Origin: Eledone cirrhosa
Lineage: Eukaryota
NCBI GenBank assembly: GCA_964016885.1
Contig: OZ024743.1
Span: forward strand, 127,782,001-127,846,000
Length of the DNA: 64,000 nt
Direction of reading: 5' to 3'
The translations under genes and the position numbers were made by a program. This document shows positions 1 to 12,925 of the stretch, piece after piece. How positions within the stretch are numbered: the first letter of the stretch is position 1; every line of letters starts with the position of its first letter. The notes beneath the pieces were generated by a model. That model made no database searches. It was not told the origin of the DNA and saw only the letters and a program-made list of their open reading frames with translations.

Positions 1-197
1 CACATAAAAAAATTCATTTTCTTGATCCCATAGGGCCCGCATTAGGTGAAAACCTGCATTTTTCCTGCTTCATCGAGTAACATCTTAAAGATTATCCAGC
101 CATCAGAGAATTCGGTTTATTTTCTTTACATATTGTCCAGGCATGCAGTTTTTCCACGATTAGGTCTGTTGGCGGCCCGCATTCCAAAATACCTTAT

Positions 198-225
198 CCC
201 GTGCAACACCGGGTACCACTGCTAG
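198..225 (+). mobile_element. Helitron-type 3' terminus (hairpin + CTAG)
   Basis: cccgtgcaacaccggg hairpin followed by taccactgCTAG; resembles the ends at 17598 and 18286. Confidence 0.5.
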
Positions 226-823
226 AATATATATATATACATACACACACATCAAACTTTGACACACATATATATACGCGATGGACTGATTCCCTCTCAC
301 ACACACGCATCTACACAAATATACACATGCATCACATACACCAGCGAATCCGCACACACATACGTTATTATTCACACTGCCAGATCACCAACGATATGGT
401 CTTTGGACTCTCTAGCAATATAATGCCTCATCGTTCTTCTCTCCAGGAAGTTTACTCAAATGTTAACTGCCTCGTGGATATAAAAACAGACTCTTTTTTT
501 TCCTATGCCAGTGTATGGTTTTGTTAAACTATGCGGTTCCAGTCCATCAGTAGAAGCATTGAGACATTAAAAGTGAATATTGGGAAAGATTGGAGACTAC
601 GTTGAGTGGTCATGGATCAAAAAGAGACTATATAATGTAGAAAGGACTCTTCAGTCTGACCGCACATAATACAACCTCCTCAGTGTTGGTGCCACGATCA
701 AATACAAACAGTAAGCCCTGTAAGGAAGGTAGCCGTAGAAACCATGCCAAATATGGAATGTAACGAGCAATATGAGTTCTCTCTTACCTCTCTAAACTCG
801 AACAGATATGATAAAAGACATAA

Positions 824-845
824 ATGATGATGATGATGATGATGA

Positions 846-934
<89 letters not shown>
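824..934. repeat. Compound (TGA)n-(CGA)n-(TGA)n trinucleotide microsatellite
   Basis: Directly visible; it explains the poly-His/Arg tail of ORF 698..1105. Confidence 0.95.
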
Positions 935-996
935 TATGAAGAAAATATTGAATGGTATAACAGTAAGAAATGATGAAAGACGTTTACAGTACTTAC

Positions 997-1131
997 GGAA
1001 GTTGCAGTATTTCAAGTCCTTACTGGGTTGAAATCCATCAAGACACATACACTTCCCTTCCAAACATGTACTGTTAGCGACAGCTTCCATGCAATCATCA
1101 TTCACTTCACAATTTCGGTCTCCGATTTTCC
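997..1131 (-). CDS. Internal coding exon, six-Cys EB/EGF-like module (KIGDRNCEVNDDCMEAVANSTCLEGKCMCLDGFQPSKDLKYCNF)
   Basis: Acceptor tatttttag|, donor |gtaagt, 135 nt, phase 1-1, C-x5-C-x8-C-x4-C-x-C-x12-C spacing; paralogous to the exon at 58453-58587. Confidence 0.85.
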
Positions 1132-1315
1132 CTAAAAATAGAAAAATAAAGAAATGTAAATTATCTCAACTCAAGTATATCCAATGACAACTATATCCAA
1201 TGACAGAGAATTCAAATTTAAGAAGTGATAATAAACAAAATATACAATATATACAACATTTGGGAAGTCAAAAGTTTTTCACAAAATGTTTTCAACTCAA
1301 AACAGGAACAAAACG

Positions 1316-1380
<65 letters not shown>

Positions 1381-1726
1381 AAATAAACAAATAAATAAAT
1401 ATAAATATAATATGAACATATAATATAATAATATAATATATATAAGCAGTGTTTTAACAAAAGATACGTAAATTCATCAAATATATGCATATATAGAGAG
1501 AGACAGAGGCATCAATGAACATATCAAATACGAGACTATATTTATAAAGTGAGAGAAATTAAAGTCGGTCTGAAAATAAGAAGGAAATATGTATATTAGA
1601 TGTATATATTTTATTATTATATATATCATTCACATTCAATACTTAGAATAGACATGGTAATATTAGGGACATAAGGAATACTGTTTATTTTATAGCACAC
1701 ACACACATATATATATATATATATAC

Positions 1727-1792
<66 letters not shown>

Positions 1793-1964
1793 TACATATA
1801 TATATATATTTGCATTATATATGTATATATATATATATATATATGTGTGTATATATGTATATATGTATATATGTATATATGTATATATGTATATATGTAT
1901 ATATGTATATATGTGTGTATATATATATATATACATATATACATATATATATATATTTGCATTA

Positions 1965-2013
<49 letters not shown>

Positions 2014-2023
2014 ATATATGTAC

Positions 2024-2138
2024 ATAAGCATATAAAGCTACGCCCAGCAAGCCAAACAGAAGAGATGTTGCCTTTACACAGGAACTTGGGATTAAATGAT
2101 AATTTCTGCCATCTGTTAAGGTCTCCAGCGGTGGTTGT
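2024..2138 (-). CDS. Candidate exon with a hydrophobic stretch ([38 protein letters not shown]), possible TM/GPI tail
   Basis: Very strong acceptor (T)14-cag| at 2139-2155; unique sequence between microsatellites; the 3' boundary and frame are uncertain. Confidence 0.3.
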
Positions 2139-2461
2139 CTGAAAAAAAAAAAAACTAAATACTGTGAAACATTTGCATACATCAAACATTGATAGTTAAG
2201 GAAGGCTAATCTTGGTATATTTCTAAAACTAATTAATATGATACTATGGTAATATTTTCTCTATACTGTATTTTCTGTAAGGCGGCAAAGAGTCGCTAGA
2301 ATGTCGGATAGAGTGCTTTGCAGCATTTTTCCAGCTCTCAGCACACTGAGTTTAAATAACGCTGAAGTCGATAAATAAAGTAGTGAGGTCGAGTTATACT
2401 ATATATCTATTTTTCTTTCTCTCTTTCGCTATCAGTTTTTATCTCCCTATCTCTCTCTGTC

Positions 2462-2519
<58 letters not shown>

Positions 2520-2532
2520 TCTCTCTCTCTCA

Positions 2533-2563
<31 letters not shown>

Positions 2564-2955
2564 TCTCTCTCTCTCTCTCTCTTAATTTCTATTGAAGAAA
2601 TCCACTGTGTTCTGACTACAAGAGGAACGGGCTCCACTAGATGTAAATGTCCCAAGAACTCCATTAGGAGTTCAGGGCCGATGGATGGATGTTGACCGTG
2701 GAATTAAGAATAATAACTATGGCATTAATCTGGTTCATACTGACTTTCCATATATGGAGATATGTAATCAGAACTCCACTTTACTTATTACATATGAAAA
2801 TATAAATATATATATATTCAAATTTAAAAGATGTATGTATAGAGAAAGAATCGTATATCGTTTGAGAAACACACTATTTTGTACACATATATATATAGAA
2901 AGTAATATTCAGGAAATTATACCTACTTTACGATGGCTTATAAATATCCACTAAA

Positions 2956-3348
2956 TAATTGTTTTTACTTTGGGCACAAGGCCAGCAATTACCCAGTACA
3001 TTACTGGTACTTTATTTTATCGACGCCATAAGGATGAAAGGCAAAGTTAACCTCGGCGGGATTTGGACTCAGACCATAAAGGGCCGTAACTCTTTTGCGG
3101 TAAAGCATGGCGTCAGACCCTCTACCTACTAAATAATGATTTCTAGTATAGGCACAAGGCCAGTAATTTGGGGGGAGGGGAAAGTCGATTAAATCGACCC
3201 CAGTACGTTACTGGTGCTTTATTTTATCGACCCCGTAAGGATGAAAGGCAAAGTTAACCTCGGCGGGATTTGAACTCAGACCGTAAAGGACCCCAATTCT
3301 ATGCTGCAAAGCATCGTGTCCGACTCTCTACCGATACTGCCAAATCTA
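2956..3348 (-). mobile_element. Two tandem tRNA-derived SINE copies (dominant family in this window)
   Basis: Reverse complement of ggcagtatcggtag (A box)...gagttcaaatcccgccgaggttaactttgcctttcatcc (B box + body). Confidence 0.85.
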
Positions 3349-4072
3349 CCTAATAGTAGCCAATGTGTAGTTGTCTGTCACGCACTAGAGATGGCTGAGG
3401 AAGGAAAGGGTGATGACAAACTACAGAAAGCAGCGTCTAACATTCGCTACACCTGTGTCTGTATATGTATAGCGAATTAGCTACACAAATTGGCTGTTAT
3501 GATTATGTGAGATTTGCGTGTGTATATATGTGTTTGTGTAAATTCTATTTATATATATAATTTTTATTGATATTACAATTAGCCGTCATTTTTGGCGGCC
3601 CGGAGTCAACTAGTATATAATATATCACTATTCCAAATTTATTAATATGTTGAGTTGCTTCAACTGTGACTTTGTACAGTGTGGGACATATATTAAGGCA
3701 ATCTCTCTGATGCTTAGGCCTGTCATTCGATGCCTTTCAAAAGTCGATAGTCGGTAATCGATAGTTGATTACTTAGACCGATGGTTTGCTTCGTTCTTTT
3801 GGTCAATAAAACAGCCTTGTAAGGAAAAAATGACTTTTTTCTATTTTAAAATATGTATATATTTTCTGAATATTACTTTGTATATGTATACAAAATACTA
3901 CGTGATTCTCAAACGATATATGATTCTTTTTCTCTCTAGATATATCTTTTAAATTTGAATAATTGATGCTCTAAAACCAAGGTCCATTGAGCTTATTTAT
4001 TGAGAAACATGATCACCACACATATTAAATATTAATCGCTACCATAGTATATACACACACACATACACATAC

Positions 4073-4129
<57 letters not shown>

Positions 4130-4130
4130 T

Positions 4131-4235
4131 TCTACGGTTTATCAAATTTCCCTAACAAGGCATTGGCCAACATGCGGCCATATTAGAAGACACTTGCCCA
4201 TGGTGGCCTGCAGCGGGACTGAGTTCAGAACCACA
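4131..4235 (-). mobile_element. Degenerate SINE fragment (second family)
   Basis: gggcaagtgtcttct...ccaatgccttg core motif on the minus strand. Confidence 0.5.
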
Positions 4236-4448
4236 CGCACACGTGCACACACACACACACACACACGCACACATATATAATTGATAATACTTGGATAGAA
4301 GTGTACATAGTGGTATGCGCGCGGGCGGCGTGTGCGCGTGAGCATGTGTCCGTGTATGTGTATGGGTTTTGTTTAGATCCATGACATCTCATATCAATCA
4401 GTCCTATGACAACAACCTTCTTATGTAAAGAAAAAGTGATATACTTAC

Positions 4449-4458
4449 ATCCTTCAGC
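4449..4458 (-). CDS. Candidate 10-nt micro-exon (gctgaaggat)
   Basis: tcttttgtttatag|gctgaaggat|gtaagt: pyrimidine-rich acceptor and perfect donor 10 nt apart. Confidence 0.3.
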
Positions 4459-4535
4459 CTATAAACAAAAGACTGACAAATCAACAATTTACACATGTAA
4501 AATACCCTGATATCGTTCCAAATGAACTAAAATTG

Positions 4536-4584
<49 letters not shown>

Positions 4585-4587
<3 letters not shown>

Positions 4588-5076
4588 GATAAATCTAACA
4601 AAATATACGGTAGTGTCCAATCCGTATGAAGAACTCAATGTAATCCAAATATCATGAGAAGAGAAGATGCATTCAAACATTTTCGATGAAAATCACAGGA
4701 AAACAGAGTCAAGATAAATTAATAAAAACAATGAATTAAAACAAAGAACAAGTTCCTTATATTAAAAAATTCATAATTTTACGATCGTTTCTAGGATATA
4801 TATGTGTGTTGGTATGTATATCATGTAGATGTAAAAATATTACAAACTATCAGAGGAAATATACATACCCTCACATATATATGCTGTCTTCAGAAATAAT
4901 CATTATTTCTGAAGACAGCATATATATGTATATTTCCTCTGATAGTTTGTAATATTTTTACATAGATCTATATGATATACATACCAACACACATATATAT
5001 CCTAGAAACGATTGTAAAATGATGAATTTTTTAATATAAGGAACTTGTTCTTTGTTTTTATTCATTGTTTTTATTA

Positions 5077-5081
<5 letters not shown>
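4585..5081 (-). mobile_element. Fold-back PLE-type element between (TA)n tracts; palindrome about 4716-4900/4902-5081 with a 1-nt centre
   Basis: Near-perfect inverted arms around c4901, a unique tail at 4585-4715 and an HHR motif in each arm. Confidence 0.75.
4773..4900 (-). ncRNA. Type I hammerhead ribozyme motif with a very long stem II (mirror copy at 4902-5023 on +)
   Basis: attattt-CTGAAGA-[~95 nt imperfect hairpin]-GAAA-cgatcg-TA-aaattat; palindromic stem III. Confidence 0.65.
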
Positions 5082-5154
<73 letters not shown>

Positions 5155-5248
5155 GTATATATATATATATATAAGCTTAAGCACTTCCCATCGTTGTTCC
5201 TTAAATGGTATCCGGCGGAAGAAGAAGAAGAAGAAGAAGAAGAAGAAG

Positions 5249-5279
<31 letters not shown>

Positions 5280-5529
5280 CATTTCATGTCGATATATTTG
5301 AATTGATAAAATAACAAAGTATGCTGTATTATAGGTCAATCGAATAATATTTAGAAGTTGCACGCTTTCACATCTTTTTATTTATGACAATTTTTTGGAC
5401 CTTTCTCTTCACTTCACTGAATCAAATGACAGAATGAAATGAAATGAAAAGAAGCAGGAGGAATTCATTGTAAATATACTTTTTTTATGAATTAAATTTA
5501 TAATCGGAAATGACTTTTTGTGGATATTT

Positions 5530-6130
5530 CGATTCACGTGGTGTAAGCTTAAGTTTTTCTTTGAACAGAACAAACTGGATCACATATATGGCCTTAGCCA
5601 CCCAACGAGCCTGATGGTAAGCTTCTGGGGCCGAGAAAAACACTGGAGAGATGGCCAATCACCAAGATAAAGAAGAGACAGATTTAAGAATTCGGCAAAG
5701 TCTTCTTGGGGATGATCTCCAGAAAGCAGTACAGACACTAGATATTCAACCATCTCCTCCCTCTTTTGCTAGTAAAAATCTGCCATGGGCTCACCATCAT
5801 CCAGGATAGTTTGATAATGAGACTTACAAATGGAGTCGCAACGTTCCTGGAACTTTTTGATCATTGGAATACCGGAACCAGATGATGGGAAAAAGATCTC
5901 GAAGATTTTCTTTAAAACCAGTTTAAAAAATGTAATGGCGGTAAGCCAGCCACGAAAGGGATTTTTTCTTGGCTGTCTCAAATATCGTATTTGCTCCTAT
6001 TTGTTCGATACGTCGTAAATGTAATCTATGTGCACACAAGTGATGTAGTCGGATTACACGCAAGTTAACGGAGAAGATAAACTTTGTATGTGGCAGACTC
6101 ATAGGCGAAGTAAGCAGTATGAGCACGTGC
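5530..6130 (-). pseudogene. Degenerate DDE DNA-transposase fragment (hAT-related)
   Basis: Translated pieces LSWLAYRHYIF / KKIFEIFFPSSGSGIPMIKKFQERCDSI / APEAYHQARWVAKAIYVIQFVLF match the ACRHH...HxARWMAKAIY motif order I recall for this transposase group; frameshifted. Confidence 0.55.
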
Positions 6131-6169
6131 AAAATAGATTGCCTCAGTTTCCCGGGAGACTCCTTAGAA

Positions 6170-6318
6170 ATCGCTTAAAGTTTATGTTAACTAGGGACTT
6201 AATCATCGGTGTGGTGAATGCTCTGAAAATGTGGTAGCCAGAATAAGTACAAGCCGAAAGTTCAAGGAGCTAGTAGCTCAGCTGACAACAAAGGGATTTC
6301 CCTCGGAGTGAAGGGCAT
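6170..6318 (+). mobile_element. RTE-type LINE 3' fragment, left part (interrupted by the hAT element)
   Basis: KFKELVAQLTTKGISLGVKG; continues after 8673. Confidence 0.55.
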
Positions 6319-8675
6319 CAGGCATGTCAAACATTCCGTATGCGGCCCTTTGCAAGCACACCTGCGGCTCGCACACAGGTTTTTACTGTGTGAGCATGTT
6401 TTATCTTCGTAATATAAAATTAAAAAAAATTTTCGATACGATAGTTTTTGTGCGATTTTTGTCAACTACTTTTAACTTCCGACGAATCACGTGCAGCTCA
6501 TTAACAGTTGTAAACAGAAAACTTTCTTTTAAAATTTCAAAAGTTTTTTTCTTTTAAAATGGCTAGTGCTCCTCCAGCTAAGAGAAAAAGGAAATTGAAC
6601 GAAGAAGGGCGAGTGTTTCTAGAAAAGTGGGAATTACAGTATTTTTTCACAACGGTGAACAGAAAGATTCACTGTTTAATTTGCAACAACTGCATCACCA
6701 CGGCAAAGGAGTACAATTTGAAAAGGCATTATGAAACGAACCATCGATCTTACGATAAATATGAAGGCTCAATGCGTGTTTCAAGACTCAAGGAATTGAA
6801 GGCTAACTTGACACAGCAACAGAAATGTTTTATGTAAATTCAGGAAGAGAATGTCGCTTCCGTTACTGAAAACTCAGCCGAATGATCGCCATGAGTGTGA
6901 AATCTTTCAGTGAAGGAGATTTTGTAAAGCAATGACTTGTAAAAACAGCTGAAATTGTATGTCCAGAGAAAAAACAGTTATTCAAAGTCATTTCATTAAC
7001 CAGGAACACTGTTGCTGAACGGATTGATGAAACGTCAGGTGATCTGAAATAACAGTTGAAGGCTGTATCATCAAGGTTTGAACATTGTTCTATTGCTATT
7101 GATGAGACCGTTCACATCACTGGAATAGAACAGCTTGCATTCTTCATCAGTACCCGTGACAGTGAATTTAATATTTATGAAGAACTGATTGAATTGGCCT
7201 CTATGCATGACACTATAACAAGCCAAGACATCCTTAAGAAGGTCGAGCAGGTTCTGCATAACTATGGTTTTGATTTGAGTAAACTTGCATGCTTATCTAC
7301 TGACGGTGCTGCGAATATGGTTTGCAGACATAATGGTGTTGCTGCCAAGTTACGAACAAAAATAGTAAAGTCGCATCCAGATTCATCATTTGCATATTTT
7401 CACTGTATTATTTGTCAGCGAAATTTGTGTTCAAAGATATTAAAATTGCATCATGTGCTTAGCTTGGTCACAAAGACAGTGAACTATATCAGAGGCCGTG
7501 CTCTCAACCGCCGACAGTTCAGCCAGTTGTTGGAAGATATGGATGTTCACCGATGTTCCATTCTACACAGAAGTCCGCTGGAAGTGCTGAACAGATTCTA
7601 TTTGTTGAGACAAGAAATAATTATGTTTTTGGAGACGGAAGGTAAAAACACAGATGAAATAAAAGATGAAAGTTAGCTCTAAGTTCTGGCTTTTGCTGCA
7701 CAATTAACTGATCTTAATTTGAAATTACAAAGTAAAAACAAACTCATCACTCAGTTGTATGATGACATCAAATGCTTCATTAGAAAACTAGGCTTATGGA
7801 AGTCACACATGTCAAATGAAAATTTAGTTAATTTTCTAACGTGCAAAGAGCTGAAAAACACTACCAATACTGAATCTGTGCTTAGTATGTCAGTCACTTG
7901 GAATTGTTGTCAAAGGAATTTCAGGAAAGATTTTCTTTTTTTTCATCTTTTGAACATCAGTTTGCATTATTCTCAGCACCATTCACCTTTCATGTTGCTA
8001 AGGCAGAAGAAAGCCTGCAGATGGAGCTATTAGAAATGCAGTCGGATTCTACACTCAGAGCAAAGTATCTTGAAGTGGAGATACCTGGTTTCTTTTCATA
8101 CCTTCCTCAAATTTTAAATACTTCAGAAAGTTTGCCACAAAAATTATGACAATGTTTGGTTCTGCCTATTTGTGTGAACAGTTATTTTCCTTCATGAAAT
8201 TAACAAAAGCTTCTCAGAGAACAAGGCTGACTGATCAACAATTATCATCTCTGATCAAAGTCGGAACTGAACAGACATTTCAGCCAGACATACAAAAAAT
8301 GTCAGCAAAAAGAAATGTCAAGACTCAGGACAAAACACTAAAAATGGTTGAATAGTAGCAAATAAATGGTCAGTTTTGAACTGTTGTAATTTTTCTACAA
8401 TGTATTTGTTGCTGTTGCAAGCTGCAAGTATATGTTGCCATTTAAAATTTTAGTTTTTTGTCAAACCACTTCATTACTCTGTATTCATGAATGCTGCTAA
8501 AACATTTGTATGTACATTGTATGTTTCTAAATTTAAGTAACACATTTTTCTGCAATAAATTTTATTAAATGACTTTAATTAGTTGTAATGGTCACAATTA
8601 GTTGTCGTGTGCGGCTCTCAGACAACACATATGTGACCCATGTGGCCCTTGGGGGACCCTTAGTTCGACATGTAG
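6319..8675 (+). mobile_element. hAT (Charlie/SPIN/Buster-like) DNA transposon, near full length
   Basis: TIR caggcatgtcaaac (6319-6332) vs gttcgacatg (8663-8672), with the transposase between them. Confidence 0.85.
6559..8355 (+). pseudogene. hAT transposase pseudogene (GTF2IRD2/EPM2AIP1-like)
   Basis: BED-type finger CLIC...KRHYETNH, SIAIDET, STDGAANM, HCII, C-terminal FGSAYLCEQLFS dimerisation motif; split by stops and frameshifts over 5 ORFs. Confidence 0.9.
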
Positions 8676-8960
8676 ACTCTACATGATGCCAGTAAGACAT
8701 AGGCCTTGACTACAGATGACCTGAGAAGTTTAAAAAGAAATGAATGAAGCAAGCATACTCCCGTGGATGTGTAATGTTAGCGTGCATGAACAGTATAGCA
8801 TAAGTGAGGAAACTTCTGTGTAAAAGGGGTCCGATGCAATGTGCCAGAGAGTATACTGCGATGGTATGGGCATGTGATGCGTGTGGAAGATGACAGCTGT
8901 ATAAAGAAGGGCAGAGAAATCTCAGTAGATAGAAGTCGTGGAGAGGTAGACTTAGGGGAC
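8676..8960 (+). mobile_element. RTE-type LINE 3' fragment, right part
   Basis: ALTTDDLRSLKRNE...RWYGHVMRVEDDSCIKK. Confidence 0.6.
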
Positions 8961-9179
8961 ATGAGTGGAAGACCGATATTAGGGAGTAGAATCTAGTCAC
9001 TCTTCCAAACTCCATCACACATGCCTTTAAGTTATAATATTTTCTGGCTGTTTCTCTCCCCCAACATCACCACTTGAACACCACACACCTTTCATACACT
9101 CATGACATCGTATTTGTCACTGCCTCCTCTTCTTGTTGACACCCATGATATCCCTATCAAACTTCTTACCTTCCCCAAC

Positions 9180-9790
9180 TTGCAACCTCCCCCCATTAGG
9201 GTTGTGAAGACTCTTCAGTCGAGGCAATAACCAGTAACCTCCCTAATGATGGTGCCATAATAAAATGCATCTAGCACGCTCTGTAAATTGGTTCGTATTA
9301 GGAAGGGTTTCCAGCTGTAGAAACCATTACGAAAAGGTCGAGAGGATCTTCCAGTCACGACACAACATTGTCACCCTCATTAGTGTCACGAAAAATACAC
9401 TCTGTACACTTTGTATTGTAGCTGGTCATAGGAAGTGCATCCAGCTGTAGAAAACCTGTCAAAAAAGGGTCCAATCGACTCTTCCGTTGTGTCAAAGGCA
9501 CTGTAAACTATATAATGTTGTTGATCTACGTAATATTCTGTAAAATCGTTAATGAGAGGGAGGGTGTTCAACCATAGAAACCTGCCAAACAAAGGGCTGG
9601 GAGGACTCTAGCGGTGCCAAAACATGACAACCTCCCTAATGTTGGTGTCACAATGATATTTATCAGGTGCATTCGATAGGGCGCGCGAACATATGTAAGC
9701 AAGATATGGGCCCACAGTCTGATAGACTTAGCCTGTGACGACGCATCCAACCCTTGCTACCAGGGAAAACCGACGTGAAATGGTGATGAT
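9180..9790 (+). mobile_element. Cluster of degenerate SINE pieces (ggaagggcatccagctgtagaaacc family)
   Basis: Motif repeated at about 9300, 9430 and 9560; a minus-strand copy lies at about 51290-51370. Confidence 0.6.
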
Positions 9791-10049
9791 GTGATATATT
9801 TGAATGAATTTTCTGATGATTTTTATTCTTTAATTATCAAATGTTTACAAAACGTTGTTACGATTTAATGATCAAAAGTTTTTTTTATGGGATAAAAGGA
9901 GTAGTTTCTTGTGTAAAACAATTTTCAAACTATATGTGTGTGTGTTTGTGTACAAGTATACATAATATGTAAGTGTGTAAGTACGTACGCATCTATGTAT
10001 GTGTGTGTGTGTCTGGGAGTGTGTGTATTTATGTTCTGGTTTTATTATT

Positions 10050-10468
10050 TTAATTGGCAGTATCGGTAGAGGATCGGACATGCTTTCCAGCATAGTTACG
10101 TCCCTTTATGATCTGAATTCAAATCCCGCCGAGGTTAACTTTGCCTTTCATCCTTACGGCGTCGATAAAATAAAGTACCAGTAATACACTGAGATAATTG
10201 CTGGCCTTGTGCCAAAAGTAGAAACCATTATTTTATAAATGTTCAGGGCGGTGGATTAGCAGTATCGGTAGAGGGGCGGATGCCATGCTTTGCAGCATAG
10301 AATTACCACCCTTTATGTTCTGAGTTCAAATCCCGCCGAGGTTAACTTTGCCTTTCATCCTTACGGGGTCGATAAAATAAAGTACCAGTCACGCACTGGG
10401 GTCAATTTAATCGACTTTCCCCTCTCCCAAAATTGATGGCCTTGTGCCTATATAAGAACCCATTATTT
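10050..10468 (+). mobile_element. Two tandem tRNA-derived SINEs
   Basis: A box, B box (gagttcaaatccc) and conserved body as at 2956-3348. Confidence 0.85.
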
Positions 10469-10584
10469 TATAAATGTTCATCAACAGAGAGAGCCGGTTT
10501 CTAACATTGATACAAGTCTTTTTCATTGAAATTTAGACAACATCAGCGAGGTAAATGCGTATGTATATCTGTATATGTATATGC

Positions 10585-11600
10585 AGAGTTTCTGAAATGT
10601 TTTACATGTTTTTACAGTTACATTAATGGATTGTATTTGCATCTTCCTGATTAGCCGTGCCCTAACTGGTTCTGTGAAACCCAACTTCTCAAGATTTGTA
10701 CTAGGGCAGTTAACATATCCCAGAGCCTAAATGATCACAGGTATAAATCTAAAGGTATAATCAGGATAGGGTATCTACAGATTCTTTATTAGTTCATCAT
10801 AAATGTTCCCCTTTTGCTAACCTTTACAAACCTGTCAACTCACTCCGTCCAACGGGGAGACCTTCCACACACTTTTTGGGGGTTGAGGGGGTGATGTCTT
10901 CTCTTGTGAAAATGGGTATAGCTTTCATTATGTAAAATCTCCCCATTTTGCCTCATTTCTCCCCGCTTTGAGACCCTTTTTTCCATGGTAATCCCCGTTT
11001 GGGTTGTTAGAGGTTGGCAGGTTTGCCTTTAGCATTATATTGACATATGTTGGGCAGCTGACTTCCACTACTGCGCATGCCTTCTTTTCTCTGAACCATA
11101 TCACTATGTCTGGTCTCTTATGCATGCATTTTGTTGGGGTTTTGACTGGAGCATTCTCCCAGTATTATTTCATATTATCTTCACATATGTCCTCCACATA
11201 ACTGTAATTTTTTATATGTTTATTGTCGGGACTATCCTTTCAACGCATTGCATTGTATAGTGTTTTGGCCACTACATCATTCCTCAAAAGTAGATAGTAC
11301 CATGCATACATGCCTTAAAGGTAGATAGTACCATGCATACATATCTATTAGGTAGATATGTATGCATGTCTGCATGCATATGTGTGCAGGTATGGATGTT
11401 ATTGTATGTGTGGATGTGTATGTTTTGAGTTATATGTGTGCATGTGCATATGCTTTGTATCTGTACATGTACAGGGTAGAATATCTGCAGATTTCTCATT
11501 AGTTCTGCTTAGATATTTTCCTTTTCGCTAATCTTTAATATTATATTGGCATCTGCTGGGCAGCTAACTTCCAATACTGTGCATGCCTTCTTTTCCCTAT
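10585..11600 (-). pseudogene. R4/Dong-like (RLE-clade) non-LTR retrotransposon C-terminal fragments
   Basis: DVVAKTLYNAMR, HKRPDIVIWFREKKACAVVEVSCP (PD..E restriction-like endonuclease), MRNLQIFYP; partly duplicated and broken. Confidence 0.7.
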
Positions 11601-12354
11601 GTATGTATATATGTATTTATGGTAAGCATGCAATGTATGTATGTATGTATGTATGTATGTATGTATGTATGTATGTATGTATGTATGTATGTATGTATGT
11701 ATGTATGTATGTATCCAATGATGGTATCCAATGATGTTGACTTGTTCTTCTTTTTGGTAAATATCATCTTGGTTAAGAGAGTGGGACTGGCTTTGTGCAG
11801 TGCCTTTGCTCACTATAAAAGCTTCACGGTACAGGCATTGCTTTATATCTGGAGATCTCTCTACACTTGTCGTCACATGGTACCATGGGCCCAGCACTAT
11901 GTGTCAAGAATTGTCACAAGTGTAGTGTTTGTACCAGAGTTTTCAAGTCGCTGGCTGAACTAAAAAGTCACACTCGTTCAGCGCATCGGTAGGGGTTCTC
12001 CTACATGGATATAAAGTAGTGGCCGTACTCGAAAACGAGTTGGCAGCCACCATGTATGTATGTATGTGTGTAGTATGCATGTATGTACGTACGTATGTAT
12101 ATATGCATGTATGTGTGTGCGTATGTGTGTCTGTCTCTTTTTACGTTTGTGTCTGTGTAAGAGTTTACATCCCGTAACTTTGCAGTCTGACAATTTTATT
12201 AACACACTTCAAATAAGTTAGACATTGGCTCCTGTAGAGATAAATGTTTAAAGATGATATATGCGGCTTCAAGTTTATCTTTTAAAATACATAAATATAG
12301 AGGAGGGGAAGACGCTGACATTATCATTAAAAAATTATATTTTATTGTTCATTT

Positions 12355-12925
12355 ATGATTTAAATACTACTTAATTTTAAACACTAATTTAAATGCTATA
12401 CTTTAAATACTGCTTAAATTTAAATACCACTTAAATATAAATACTGCTTAAATTTAAATGTTACTTTATTTAAATATTGCTTAATTTTAAATACTACATA
12501 AATCAGAATACTACTTTAATTTTAATGCTGTTTATATCTAAATACAGTTGTCCCCGGTATTCGCGGAGTCAAGTTCCTAGAGTACCAGAGAAGAGCGAAA
12601 AACCGCAAATATTGGATATGGTCCATAAAAATGCCTATAAACGTCAAAACATAACGTAAAATACTGTATATTGTTATTAATAATTTAGCGTTAAAAAGCG
12701 CAAAAAAATATATATTGCCATGAAAAAAAACATTAAAAAATCGCGGAAGATATTTACAATTCCGCGAATATGTGGTAGTTTTTACAAACAATTATTAGTT
12801 AGGTTCTAAGGAAAATAATCCGCGAATAACTGGGACCACGAAAGTCGGGACCGTGAATGCCGGAGGTACACTGTACTACTTAGATTCAAACACTGCTTAA
12901 ATTTATATATTACTTGAATATTAAT
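12355..12925. repeat. AT-rich ~17-bp minisatellite (tttaaatactgcttaaa) interrupted by a MITE
   Basis: Unit repeated on both sides of 12545-12873. Confidence 0.7.
12545..12873. mobile_element. Tc1/mariner-pogo type MITE
   Basis: TA|cagttgtccccggtattcgcgg ... ccgtgaatgccggaggtacactg|TA: imperfect TIRs with TA target duplication. Confidence 0.75.

Noticed and set aside
698-996. Poly-His/poly-Arg extension of the Cys-rich ORF
   Set aside because: It lies beyond the gtaagt donor in an intronic trinucleotide repeat.
6559-8355. Domesticated GTF2IRD2/EPM2AIP1-like host gene
   Set aside because: It has multiple stops and frameshifts and retains TIRs.
10050-10468. tRNA genes at A/B-box motifs (here and at other SINE heads)
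   Set aside because: No complete cloverleaf; each is followed by the same SINE body and is dispersed in many copies.
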